Below, in pieces: positions 13,171-25,624 of a DNA stretch of 64,000 nt. The notes beneath the pieces are model-generated. The model did no database searches. It had not been told where the DNA came from and saw only the letters and a program-made list of their open reading frames with translations. The stretch is from Eledone cirrhosa (lineage: Eukaryota), in NCBI GenBank assembly GCA_964016885.1, contig OZ024755.1:27156001-27220000 (forward strand), in the 5' to 3' direction. The position numbers and the translations under genes were made by a program. Each line of letters begins with the position of its first letter. Position 1 is the stretch's first letter.

Positions 13171-13833
13171 ATAGTGTGTTTTGACTAGACTGATGTCAAC
13201 TAGTCAAGTTTTTTCAGTCCATGTTTTGTGGTAGTGCTCATAATAAAACCACAATATATAACTGTTCTGAGTGAATCCAGTGATAGAGCAGTCATCAGAC
13301 TTGCTGAAAATAGCAGCCAAAGAGACACTGAGTGTGTAGGGAAACCAGAATAGGGTTGTCTCACCTGGAATGTATTTGGTTATAGGTATACTCAACCAAG
13401 GTTCACCCAGCTACAACAATTACTATTCTAAATGAAAATATGTTCTTCAGTTAGTTAAGAGCCCTAAATATAATATATCTAATGGAAGAGAGCTGTTTTA
13501 TAATGTTTAGTGATACTAAATCTTCTCATAAGTGTTTCTACTTTTGACACAAGGCCAGCAATTACCCAGTACATTACTGGTACTTTATTTTATCGACCCT
13601 GTAAGGATGAAAGGCAAAGTTAACCTCGGAGGGATTTGAACTCAAACCGTAAAGAGACGTAACTCTGCTGCAAAGCATGGCGTCCGACTCTCTACCGATA
13701 CTGCCAATTCACCGCCCCTAAAATCTATATATAATGTTTAGTGATACTAAATCTTCTCATAATGTTTATTGATCAGTTGGCTTTGTCATGGTGACATATT
13801 CTTAATAAAATACATTGCTTAGAGATGAAACTC

Positions 13834-14050
13834 TTAACCCTTTAGCTGTATCCAGCCAGAATTCTCTCACCTGTTTCTGTTCAAACCGGCTGTAACAAGC
13901 TACTCATACTGACATTAAGGTATTGTTCTCAAAATAAATAATATCAAAATCTCATAGATTCGATATTATGTGAGATAATTATGTGAGGTAAAACCTTTAC
14001 CACAAAAATATAATAATAAATATAGGGTAATGTAAATACTAAAGGGTTAA
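13834..14050 (-). mobile_element. piggyBac-type MITE
   Basis: TTAACCCTTTAG ... CTAAAGGGTTAA. Confidence 0.75.
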
Positions 14051-14140
14051 GTGGTAAATGAGCAAAAGATTTGATTATCATAAAAAGAAAAACAATTTTA
14101 AAAATCTGTTTGATAATTGTTCTTTCTTCAAACACAAATT

Positions 14141-17100
14141 TCTGTGCTACCAGATGGTTCAGTATTTCTGTTACCAGATGGTTCAGTATTTCTGTTACCA
14201 GATGGTTCAGTATTTCTGTTACCAGATGGTTCAGTATTTCTGTTACCAGATGGTTCAGTATTTCTGTTACCAGATGGTTCAGTATTTCTGTTACCAGATG
14301 GTTCAGTATTTCTGTTACCAGATGGTTCAGTATTTCTGTTACCAGATGGTTCAGTAGTTCTGTTACCAGATGGTTCAGTAGTTCTGTTACCAGATGGTTC
14401 AGTATTTCTGTTACCAGATGGTTCAGTATTTCTGTTACCAGATGGTTCAGTATTTCTGTTACCAGATGCTTCAGTATTTCTGTTACCAGATGCTTCAGTA
14501 TTTCTGTTACCAGATAGTTCAGTATTTCTGTTACCAGATGGTTCAGTAGTTCTGTTACCAGATGGTTCAGTATTTCTGTTACCAGATGGTTCAGTATTTC
14601 TGTTACCAGATGGTTCAGTAGTTCTGTTACCAGATGGTTCAGTATTTCTGTTACCAGATGGTTCAGTATTTCTGTTACCAGATGGTTCAGTAGTTCTGTT
14701 ACCAGATGGTTCAGTATTTCTGTTACCAGATGGTTCAGTATTTCTGTTACCAGATGGTTCAGTATTTCTGTTACCAGATGGTTCAGTAGTTCTGTTACCA
14801 GATGGTTCAGTAGTTCTGTTACCAGATGGTTCAGTATTTCTGTTACCAGATAGTTCAGTATTTCTGTTACCAGATGGTTCAGTATTTCTGTTACCAGATG
14901 GTTCAGTATTTCTGTTACCAGATAGTTCAGTATTTCTGTTACCAGATGGTTCAGTATTTCTGTTACCAGATGGTTCAGTATTTCTGTTACCAGATGCTTC
15001 AGTATTTCTGTTACCAGATAGTTCAGTATTTCTGTTACCAGATGGTTCAGTAGTTCTGTTACCAGATGCTTCAGTATTTCTGTTACCAGATAGTTCAGTA
15101 TTTCTGTTACCAGATGGTTCAGTATTTCTGTTACCAGATGGTTCAGTATTTCTGTTACCAGATGGTTCAGTATTTCTGTTACCAGATGCTTCAGTATTTC
15201 TGTTACCAGATAGTTCAGTATTTCTGTTACCAGATGGTTCAGTATTTCTGTTACCAGATGCTTCAGTATTTCTGTTACCAGATAGTTCAGTATTTCTGTT
15301 ACCAGATGGTTCAGTATTTCTGTTACCAGATGGTTCAGTATTTCTGTTACCAGATGCTTCAGTATTTCTGTTACCAGATAGTTCAGTATTTCTGTTACCA
15401 GATGGTTCAGTAGTTCTGTTACCAGATGCTTCAGTATTTCTGTTACCAGATAGTTCAGTATTTCTGTTACCAGATGGTTCAGTATTTCTGTTACCAGATG
15501 GTTCAGTATTTCTGTTACCAGATGGTTCAGTATTTCTGTTACCAGATGCTTCAGTATTTCTGTTACCAGATGCTTCAGTATTTCTGTTACCAGATAGTTC
15601 AGTATTTCTGTTACCAGATGGTTCAGTATTTCTGTTACCAGATGCTTCAGTATTTCTGTTACCAGATAGTTCAGTATTTCTGTTACCAGATGGTTCAGTA
15701 TTTCTGTTACCAGATGGTTCAGTATTTCTGTTACCAGATGCTTCAGTATTTCTGTTACCAGATAGTTCAGTATTTCTGTTACCAGATGGTTCAGTAGTTC
15801 TGTTACCAGATGCTTCAGTATTTCTGTTACCAGATAGTTCAGTATTTCTGTTACCAGATGGTTCAGTATTTCTGTTACCAGATGGTTCAGTATTTCTGTT
15901 ACCAGATGGTTCAGTATTTCTGTTACCAGATGGTTCAGTATTTCTGTTACCAGATGGTTCAGTATTTCTGTTACCAGATAGTTCAGTATTTCTGTTACCA
16001 GATGGTTCAGTATTTCTGTTACCAGATGCTTCAGTATTTCTGTTACCAGATAGTTCAGTATTTCTGTTACCAGATGGTTCAGTATTTCTGTTACCAGATG
16101 GTTCAGTATTTCTGTTACCAGATGGTTCAGTATTTCTGTTACCAGATAGTTCAGTATTTCTGTTACCAGATGGTTCAGTAGTTCTGTTACCAGATGGTTC
16201 AGTATTTCTGTTACCAGATGGTTCAGTATTTCTGTTACCAGATGGTTCAGTATTTCTGTTACCAGATGGTTCAGTAGTTCTGTTACCAGATGGTTCAGTA
16301 GTTCTGTTACCAGATGGTTCAGTATTTCTGTTACCAGATGGTTCAGTATTTCTGTTACCAGATGGTTCAGTATTTCTGTTACCAGATGGTTCAGTAGTTC
16401 TGTTACCAGATGCTTCAGTATTTCTGTTACCAGATAGTTCAGTATTTCTGTTACCAGATGGTTCAGTATTTCTGTTACCAGATGGTTCAGTATTTCTGTT
16501 ACCAGATGGTTCAGTATTTCTGTTACCAGATGGTTCAGTATTTCTGTTACCAGATGGTTCAGTATTTCTGTTACCAGATGGTTCAGTATTTCTGTTACCA
16601 GATGCTTCAGTATTTCTGTTACCAGATGCTTCAGTATTTCTGTTACCAGATAGTTCAGTATTTCTGTTACCAGATGCTTCAGTATTTCTGTTACCAGATA
16701 GTTCAGTATTTCTGTTACCAGATGGTTCAGTATTTCTGTTACCAGATGGTTCAGTATTTCTGTTACCAGATGGTTCAGTATTTCTGTTACCAGATGGTTC
16801 AGTATTTCTGTTACCAGATGGTTCAGTATTTCTGTTACCAGATGCTTCAGTATTTCTGTTACCAGATGCTTCAGTATTTCTGTTACCAGATAGTTCAGTA
16901 TTTCTGTTACCAGATGGTTCAGTATTTCTGTTACCAGATGGTTCAGTATTTCTGTTACCAGATGGTTCAGTATTTCTGTTACCAGATGGTTCAGTATTTC
17001 TGTTACCAGATGGTTCAGTATTTCTGTTACCAGATGGTTCAGTATTTCTGTTACCAGATGCTTCAGTATTTCTGTTACCAGATGCTTCAGTATTTCTGTT

Positions 17101-17744
17101 ACCAGATAGTTCAGTATTTCTGTTACCAGATGGTTCAGTATTTCTGTTACCAGATGGTTCAGTATTTCTGTTACCAGATGCTTCAGTATTTCTGTTACCA
17201 GATGGTTCAGTATTTCTGTTACCAGATGGTTCAGTAGTTCTGTTACCAGATGGTTCAGTATTTCTGTTACCAGATGGTTCAGTATTTCTGTTACCAGATG
17301 GTTCAGTATTTCTGTTACCAGATGCTTCAGTATTTCTGTTACCAGATGCTTCAGTATTTCTGTTACCAGATGGTTCAGTAGTTCTGTTACCAGATGGTTC
17401 AGTATTTCTGTTACCAGATGGTTCAGTATTTCTGTTACCAGATGGTTCAGTATTTCTGTTACCAGATGGTTCAGTAGTTCTGTTACCAGATGGTTCAGTA
17501 GTTCTGTTACCAGATGGTTCAGTATTTCTGTTACCAGATGGTTCAGTATTTCTGTTACCAGATGGTTCAGTATTTCTGTTACCAGATGGTTCAGTATTTC
17601 TGTTACCAGATGGTTCAGTATTTCTGTTACCAGATGGTTCAGTATTTCTGTTACCAGATGCTTCAGTATTTCTGTTACCAGATGCTTCAGTATTTCTGTT
17701 ACCAGATAGTTCAGTATTTCTGTTACCAGATGGTTCAGTATTTC
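14141..17744. repeat. Minisatellite, 24-bp unit, about 150 copies
   Basis: ccagatggttcagtatttctgtta with three recurrent single-base variants. Confidence 0.97.
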
Positions 17745-17837
17745 AAAATTTAAACTATTTCTTTTGTTTTGACTGGTATGCTATTTCATTAGTACTGTTT
17801 CTTATATCATATAATTCTGTTTATTCAATTTTTGCAG

Positions 17838-18247
17838 AGACTTTCTTCGATTGGGTTCACCACTTAACTGTCGAGCAGTTGATGACCTCTATGATGGTTA
17901 TCGCAATGGATTTGTGTGCAGCCATATGCATAATGGTTGTGAGCTAAGTCGTGGTCACAGCTTGGAGGAAAAGCGCACGCCATATGAAATTGAAGACAAG
18001 CTGAAAACTGCTGGGGGGCCGGTACCTCTAACTCGTGTAAAATGTCTTGTTTCTATGACAACCCCTCGAGATGCTCGCATGCATGGTTCGTCAGTGACAC
18101 CAGCATTTGTAGAATTTGATATGAGCACTGAAGGGTTCGGATGTCTATATTTACCAAGTATTGCTCCCCAGGGGCCTCCTACTCCGTCTGTTGTTGGTGG
18201 AGTTGTTGGCTCATCAGATCCTGTTGTCATTGGTGGTGTTGGAACAG
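17838..18247 (+). CDS. WDFY3: WDFY3 coding exon (DFLRLGSPLNC...VPLTRVKCLVSMTTP...GFGCLYLPSIAPQ...GGVGT)
   Basis: ttgcag acceptor, CAG|gtaaga donor, strongly conserved peptide. Confidence 0.95.
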
Positions 18248-18921
18248 GTAAGAGACAGAGCTTCCTGTCATTGTTAATTTTACATTCAAAGGAGCTTTTA
18301 TTTGTTGTTATTGGACCTCCACCAGTTCGCATGATGAGTGGTCCAGTTGTTTGACTAACAAAACTGGCTACTTGTAAAATAGCCTTCAAGTGACTGAGCA
18401 TTCCATGCTCATAGGTACCCGTAATATAATTTAGAGATATTCTGTGACACAGTGTATGTCTAGGCTGGTCCTGTCCTTTGAACAGCTAGTACAACTCATT
18501 TTTTGCCATCTGATTATACAGGAGCAATGTAAAATAAAATGTTTTGCTCAAACACATAATATGCTATTAGCAATTGAACTTGCAACCTTATGATAGAGAG
18601 CCAAACAACTAAACCACTAAGCCTTGCAGCTTCAAAATTTCTTTTTCTTAATGTTTAACTGAATAGCACATATGTTTGTGTGTATGTATTGTTTATTCTA
18701 TAGCACAATATATTATTAATGCAAAACATGTTAATTGAATGTAAATTTAACCAGTAAATTGTACTAGCTGCCAAGAATGCATTATGCATGCAAATTGGTC
18801 TATCCAATTTAGTTAACCCTTTAGCATTTATTAGTTTTTGTCATGTTATGCATCATTGCCGTCAACGGCTGTGTGTGTGTATCCTACAACACTAAACTGT
18901 CATTCTTCTTGATTTTATTAG

Positions 18922-19143
18922 GTGAGAGAATGTTTCCTCCGCAATCAGGGTTAACTTACTCGACGTGGTTCTGTGTGGACAAATTCAGCAGCCCTGACAT
19001 GGATTCCCATCTCGTACGTCTGCTGACTGTTGTCCGCAACCTTCAGGGTCGCGATGAAAATCTCATTTGTCTCAGTGTCACGTTGATGGCAAAGGATCGA
19101 TCGCTTGTCGTATCAACACAAGAAACTGGCATGCCAACTACAG
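18922..19143 (+). CDS. WDFY3: WDFY3 coding exon (GERMFPPQSGLTYSTWFCVDKF...), start of ConA-like region
   Basis: attag acceptor, CAG|gtaagc donor. Confidence 0.93.
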
Positions 19144-19783
19144 GTAAGCTACCAAATGTTGTTTATATACATATATATATACATATATACATATATATAT
19201 ATACATATATACATATATATATATATATAATAAGTCACATAAATACATCAATTTCACAGTTAAAGGGCTAACATTTATTACATAACTGACATGTGTTTCA
19301 CCAATGAACAGGTGAGCAATATCAAGAATTGCTAATCCAATGGGATCTATTGGAAAACTCAATTTCCAATATCTTTGCATCGGCACCATGATAAATTGGC
19401 CTCTTCAGAGTTTAACAATGTTTTCATCTAACAAAATCCGATCACTACTGTATGTATATACATATATAAAATGAATGGAATAGTGTTTGATGTGTGTTCG
19501 TGTTTGGGTGACTGTGTATTGGTTATTGTATTTTATCTTAGTTTACTAGTGTGTGTTTATATGTGTTTGTTGTTATTGTGCTTGTGTATGTATTTATATA
19601 TATGTGTTTGTGTCTATATTGTATCTGTATTTTTTACCGTTGGTCAGTCAATGGTAACATTGAGGACCGAATAAATTAAATTAACCGATATAAAAGTCAC
19701 AGAAGCGAACCAACCAAACAGTGAGTGTGTTCTGTTATTAATTCTGGCAATATTATTACACAAATATGACCCTCCCCAAGTAT

Positions 19784-19851
<68 letters not shown>

Positions 19852-19892
19852 ATTATATTAATAAATGGAAAATATCTTTGTAATACCATATT

Positions 19893-19952
19893 TATTTTAT
19901 CATACGTATTTCAAGGACACAAAATTTTAGTGTGCTTTCATCAGATAAAATA
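19893..19952 (-). ncRNA. Antisense twin of the same hammerhead with a non-cleavable AUG triplet
   Basis: Reverse complement equals 20045-20104 except H17 = G (position 19901). Confidence 0.6.
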
Positions 19953-20044
19953 TAGTATTTGCTGTTAAGATATTGACATACCTTAGCATAGACTTAATAG
20001 TATAAGCTTGGAAAAGTATGTCAATATCTTTACAACAAATACTA

Positions 20045-20104
20045 TATTTTATCTGATGAAAGCACACTAAAATTTTGTGTCCTTGAAATACGTATAATAA
20101 AATA
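20045..20104 (+). ncRNA. Hammerhead ribozyme motif (minimal type I, Penelope-type), complete core
   Basis: Stem I TATTTTAT/ATAAAATA, CTGATGA, stem II AAGCAC...GTGTCCTT, GAAA, palindromic stem III ATACGTAT, AUA triplet (predicted cut after 20096). Confidence 0.7.
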
Positions 20105-20497
20105 AATATGGTATTATAAAGATATTTTCCATTTATTAATATAATTAATAATACTCCAGATAAAATCTGTAGAGTGCTTCAAATCTGTTATAAAATCAAC
20201 TTTGTTGAATGATAATCAACAAACCATATAACTCATTGTTTATATATATATATATATTATTTATTTAATTATGTAATAAAGAACACAATATAATTATTCC
20301 ATTACCCAAGTCAGACGATTCTAACAAGGGCGTCTGAAGTCGTTCATCAGATAGAATATATATATGTAAGAATATTTTCGAAACAGCGAGCAAGTTTGAA
20401 ATTAGAAATATAAGCTATCGCCATATTTTGACTAAAGAAATTACTTAGCCTGATAGTGAGGTTAAGAACCCTCAGAGAAATGGAAAAAGATGAGTAT

Positions 20498-20568
20498 TGA
20501 CGTACATGGGAGTCGAACCCACATCTTTGGTTATCCAGACCACTGTGCTACCATTACACCAACACATC
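20498..20568 (-). tRNA. tRNA-like gene or pseudogene, 71 nt, anticodon GGA with a short variable loop
   Basis: Cloverleaf GATGTGT-TG-GTGT-AATGGTA-GCAC-A-GTGGT-CTGGATA-ACCAA-AGAT-GTGGG-TTCGACT-CCCAT-GTACGTC-A; A and B boxes; T5 run about 10 nt downstream. Confidence 0.55.
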
Positions 20569-20858
20569 ACAGCATGTTTTCTGATAAGGCCGGTTAAATG
20601 AAACAAGAGGGTATTTGCTTTTAATAGTCATCGTCATTATTATCAGCAACAATAACATCATTACTGTTTGAAGAAATTGTAACATACAAGATGGGACCCT
20701 TCAGACCTGTCTTGGAAGCCAGTAACTCTGAATAAGAATTGACTCAGCCAGCAGCAACAACCCTCCAGACCAGCATGGAAAGCGATCATAAAATGATAAG
20801 GATGATGATATATTTACATGCACATACACACACACACACACAATTTCCACATATATAT

Positions 20859-21180
20859 GGAGGCACATGGCTTAGTGGTTAGAGCATTGGCCTTGCAATC
20901 GAAAGGTTGTGAGTTCAATTCCTTGAGCAAGACACTTTATTTCACATTGCTCCAGTTTAATCAGCTGTAGAAATGAGATGATAGGGACTGTGGTCCCTAT
21001 CATTCCACTGCAAAGTGGACGTGGAGGTGCCACAGCAAAAAAGCACCCAGCACTCACTGTAAATGAGGTTGGTGTTAGGAAGGGCATCCAGCTGTAGAAA
21101 TCAAGCCAGTATCAGTTCCCGTCCCACCCTTGCAAGCAGGGAAAAGCGGACGTAAAAATGAAATGAAATGATGAAATGAA
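20859..21180 (+). mobile_element. tRNA-derived SINE family A, near full length (head, CORE-like segment, ~41-bp unit, tail ending GGACGT..AAA plus short repeats)
   Basis: A box TGGCTTAGTGGTTAGAGC, B box GAGTTCAATTCC, CCTTGAGCAAGACACTT segment; other long copies at 31212-31656(-) and 33820-34141(-). Confidence 0.75.
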
Positions 21181-21425
21181 TACATATATACAACATTTGG
21201 TTAATTTATGAAGCATTGGGGTAAATTGAAATTTTGAAAATATGTTTGTTTTTCCTGTTGTGAAGCTACCACAATACAGATTAACAGATAACAATAAATA
21301 ATTGTAGAATAAGTCAGGTAAAAGCCTTGGAGATGTGGAGATGGAATAAAGGGGGTTATACTTGACTTATTCAACTATTATTTATAGTTATCTGCATTTT
21401 TGTGGCTTTCTCTTCTAAAAAAACA

Positions 21426-21476
<51 letters not shown>

Positions 21477-21603
21477 CAGTTCTGTATGAGCAAGACATGG
21501 TCATCTGATCTGTCTTGTCTCACAATGGGACAGCTCATCTAACCCATCCTAGCATGGAAAAATGGACATTAACCGGTGATGATGATATGATATATATTTG
21601 CAG

Positions 21604-21785
21604 TAACTGGCTGTGATGAAGAGGAGGAACCTGTTCTTGGAGACAACACTGTCAGGTTTTGGTGTCCTGATCTCACACAAGAAGGACAGTGGCATCATTT
21701 GGTTTTGATTTTTCATCGAGCTGGTATCATGAAAAATAGCAGTGTCAGCCTTTTCCTGGACAGTCACCATGTCAACACACAGAAG
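21604..21785 (+). CDS. WDFY3: WDFY3 coding exon (TGCDEEEE...EGQWHHLVLIFHRAGIMKNSSVSLFLD...QK)
   Basis: ttgcag acceptor, AAG|gtcagt donor, GQWHHLVL ConA/LamG-like motif. Confidence 0.88.
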
Positions 21786-22372
21786 GTCAGTTTCTCCAGT
21801 CTCCCATCTTAATTTTTTATGTATCTGTATCAGTGAGTACTCAACACCGCCAGGCTTAGACCAATCTCATTGGTTGTCAGGTCAAGAGTGTTTAAACTGT
21901 ATGGTCATATCAAAAGATCAACTCGGGGTGTAAGTTATGCCGAGAAGGAAAGTTGGCTGGTAAGGGTCAGCAGCGAAAACGATGGCTTGATAATGTCAGC
22001 CTATGGACTGGAGTTAATCTTTGCACTTTAAACTCTGCTGTTGGTGATCGAACTTTATGGAGAAAAATATCTTATGTTTATGCAGTCTGGAACTGGCAGC
22101 ATTTAGTGTCCTTTGTGTGGAGGGTATTGAAGTAATAATGTCCATTGTGTGGAGGGTATTAAGTTAATAATGTCCATTGTGTGGAGGGTATTGTAATAAT
22201 TGTTTCTACTTTTGGCACAAGGCCAGGAATTATCCCAGTGCATTACTGGTACTTTATTTCATCGACCCCTGTAATAATGTCCATTGTGTGAAAGGTATTG
22301 AGGTAATAATGTCCATTGCGTTTTGATAATTCCTGGTGGATTTTCTTCATATATTTCTTTTTTTCATTTCAG

Positions 22373-22601
22373 CTGCATTATGTATCTCCAAACTTAGGTG
22401 CTGGAGGTACTGCCAGCCCGACTGCTTTTACAACAGTTTTTGCCTACATCGGAACTCCTCCCCAGCTTCGTCGACAGTCCCAATTGACTTGGAAGCAAGG
22501 TCCATGCTACCTGTTCGAAGATATAGTGTCCACTAACACAGTACATGCCATGTACCAATTTGGGCCAGTATATATAGGAAGTTTTCAATCTCCTATCTTA
22601 G
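22373..22601 (+). CDS. WDFY3: WDFY3 coding exon (LHYVSPNLG...AYIGTPP...GPVYIGSFQSP)
   Basis: ttcag acceptor, TAG|gtatct donor. Confidence 0.92.
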
Positions 22602-23921
22602 GTATCTACATTTATCAACACTTTGCATTTCATTTCTTTAGTGTGTATCTGTGTATATGTGTGCATACACTTCAAGCTGAGTTATATATTGAACTCTCTC
22701 CTTAACCCTTTAGCATTCACATTATTTTATATATACTATTATATTTTCATGGTAAAGGCTTTACCTCACATAATTATCTCACATAATATTGAATCTCTGA
22801 GATTTTGAAGGTATTTATTTTGAGAACAATACCTTAACATCAGTTTGAGTGACCAGTTACAGCCAGTTTCAACAGAAAGAGGTAGAGAATTCTGGCCGGT
22901 TTTGGCCGGTTAAATAAGCACTACACAATTTACAGTAACAAAAAGTGGCAATGAGTTGTACCAACCTCTTAGTACCCACTAAATATATTACTGCTTCTTA
23001 CTCTTCTACTTTTATCTTACTATTTCTTCTTTTTCAATTATTTTTTATGTCTTGCATTCATTTTTTATGATTGGTTGGTTTTTCTTGAAACAGTTGGGTT
23101 TCTTTGTTAGATGTCTCCTTCTTTTCACCACTCTACCTTCAGGGAAGAGGAAAACTTGTTTTACCAGAAAAGGTAGAGTTGTGTACCTTGATCAAGTGTA
23201 CAAAACAGTGACTTTTATATTGAACACTGATTTGAATTGATGATCATGTGCTTAGCAGTCTACCACAGTAAACTAACAATTATTATATATTTAAATTTCT
23301 CTATTTTTTAAAGCTACTTCCCCTGTAGCTTTAAAATAAGTTTACAAACAACATGGTAAGGAGTTGTTTAAGCAGGGGTAGACTTTGTTGACGTGATCTA
23401 TGATCAAAGACAATTTAGTCATAGCTATCTAGTTAGCATTTCAAACAGTGTAATGCCCGGGATCTTTCGGAGACATCTTTGTTGGAAAGTATCAAGCTGT
23501 TTTTTTAGTTCTGATGGTACTCTTTCATGTGTCAGCAGCATAGGTTGTTAAGATAACAATTGACCAGAATATCTTCAATTTTGTTTGTGATGTGAGTTTC
23601 TTTGGTTGCAATATTGGTTGGAGTTTGTTGAATGGGGTTCATTTTGATTAAATAAAGTTTCATATGGGGTTAATTACTCAACTAGAAATAGCAGCAAAAT
23701 GTCCATCGAATCACTCTGTACTGTATCTAAAAAAGAGACCTTGGGTAATGTCATACTAGACACATGGTGTCTGAATAAAGTTCAGAGCTAGAATGCCTGT
23801 AATCATAGGTTGACTTCGTCATAACGATTTTTGGACTAAACACTAGCAACTACTAACTTCTATTTTTAAAAATTTGATTCTTGTTTGTTTTTTTTCACCT
23901 AATTCTCTTGTTTTTGTTTAG

Positions 23922-24058
23922 GTGGGGAAGTACTGCCCTCCTTGGTTGCAGAAGAGAAAGTCATGTTTGGTGTACATGCCCATGCTTTATCTCAAATGAC
24001 GATAACAAAAATAAGGAAAATTTACAACAAAGTTGACAGCAAGTCTATTGCCAAACAG
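23922..24058 (+). CDS. WDFY3: WDFY3 coding exon (GEVLPSLVAEEKVMFG...KIRKIYNKVDSKSIAKQ)
   Basis: tttag acceptor, CAG|gtaaaa donor. Confidence 0.93.
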
Positions 24059-24282
24059 GTAAAATCCTTTGAAATTCTTACATGAAATGTATTTTAAAAT
24101 ATTCTTTTACCATTTAGTTTTGTTTTTACTTACTATATTATTATGCATTTGGGCATCCAGCTGTTGAAAACCCAGCCAAAGCTGATCATTTGAGCATGAT
24201 GTAGTTATCTGATCTATTTAACCTCATAATGTGACAACCCATCTAACCCATGCAAGCATGGAAAATAGATATTAAATGGTGG

Positions 24283-24320
<38 letters not shown>

Positions 24321-24698
24321 GCGATGACGATGAGGATTTGTTCATCCAAACCCTACGATCTTATTTGTATGAATGTATAAATTAGATTCCAAGGTCAACT
24401 TTGGCTTTCGTTTATTCGAGGTTGATAAAAAAAGTGCCTGTCTCGTAGTGGGATTTTTCCTATATATCTTTCTTACTTCTTTTCTACCATTCTCTATCCT
24501 TCTCTGGAAGAAATCTGTTGTATTCAGTCCTGGAAAGGGGATGGACTCTGCCAGATTTTAAAAATTCCTAAGAAACACTGTATGTCAATATGGTGTCCCT
24601 CTGGAGTTACAAGTCCATACCATAAATTAGATTGGATCTGTAATGTTTTTTTATATAGCTGAACCTAAGACCAGTTCATACTTGACATTGTTATTGAA

Positions 24699-24774
<76 letters not shown>

Positions 24775-25004
24775 AAAACAATGAAATTAAACAAAAAACG
24801 GTTAATTAATATGAATTAACCGTTTTTTTTGTTTTGTTTTTTAATTTTATTGTTTTAATATTTCTATTTTTGACTCTGTATCCAATGAATTATATCGTTG
24901 AAAATTTTGTATTTTAAACTTTGTTTCACGACATCTTCTACATACGGATTACATTGAGTTCTTCATACGGTTTAGACCCTACCATTGATTGGTAGATTTA
25001 TCTG

Positions 25005-25275
25005 TTAGCTTTTGTCGACTTGGAGAAAGCCTTTGACAGAGTCCCCCGTTCCATTATCTGGTGGGCTCTCAGAAAACTAGGTGTTGATGAATGGCTTGTG
25101 AGAGCTATACAAGCCATGTATAAAGAAACAGTCAGCAAGGTTAGAATTAACAACAAATATAGTGAAGAGTTTAGCGTAAAAGTTGGTGTTCATCAGGGCT
25201 CCGTTCTTAGCCCCCTACTATTTATTATTGCCCTTCAGGCTATAACAGTGGAGTTCAAGACCGACTGCCCATGGA
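25005..25275 (+). mobile_element. LINE reverse-transcriptase fragment (RTE-like)
   Basis: AFVDLEKAFDRVP...KVGVHQGSVLSPLLF RT motifs. Confidence 0.85.
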
Positions 25276-25512
25276 TGATGATATAATATATATATATTAT
25301 ATGGCCTAGTGGTTAGAGCATTGGACTTGCAATTATATTTTGTTCAAAAAGACACTATACCATCCAGTCCACAAATCAAACCCACAACCTTATGATGACG
25401 GAGTTCAATAATCTAACCACTTACCCATGTTTCTTCATTCAAAATATGATCGTGAAAGGGTTATTTTTTTTAACAAGTTATATCCACTGAGTGTTTGTTG
25501 TTGCTTTTCCAG

Positions 25513-25624
25513 CTGGCTATGGGCTCACATGAAAATGCAACACCTATCCGCATTCTTCACAACTCAGGCGGTCATCTTGGAGGAGCGGCTCGTAGTTTAG
25601 GTGCAATACTTATGGGATATCTGG
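25513..25624 (+). CDS. WDFY3: WDFY3 coding exon (LAMGSHENATPIRILHNSGGHLGGAARSLGAILMGYL)
   Basis: ttccag acceptor, G|gtaagt donor. Confidence 0.94.

Noticed and set aside
14117-17947. 1276-aa ORF of LLPDGSVF repeats
   Set aside because: Translation of a stop-free 24-bp intronic minisatellite; non-ATG start, and it enters exon 17838 out of frame.
17955-18401. 148-aa antisense ORF
   Set aside because: Shadow of the WDFY3 exon on the opposite strand, with no independent evidence.
20305-20358. Minus-strand CTGATGA motif (related sequence at ~35960-36010)
   Set aside because: No convincing GAAA or stem III; too degenerate to call a hammerhead.
20859-20935. SINE heads as functional tRNA genes (also 28098, 51569)
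   Set aside because: A and B boxes run into SINE bodies and the cloverleafs are incomplete.
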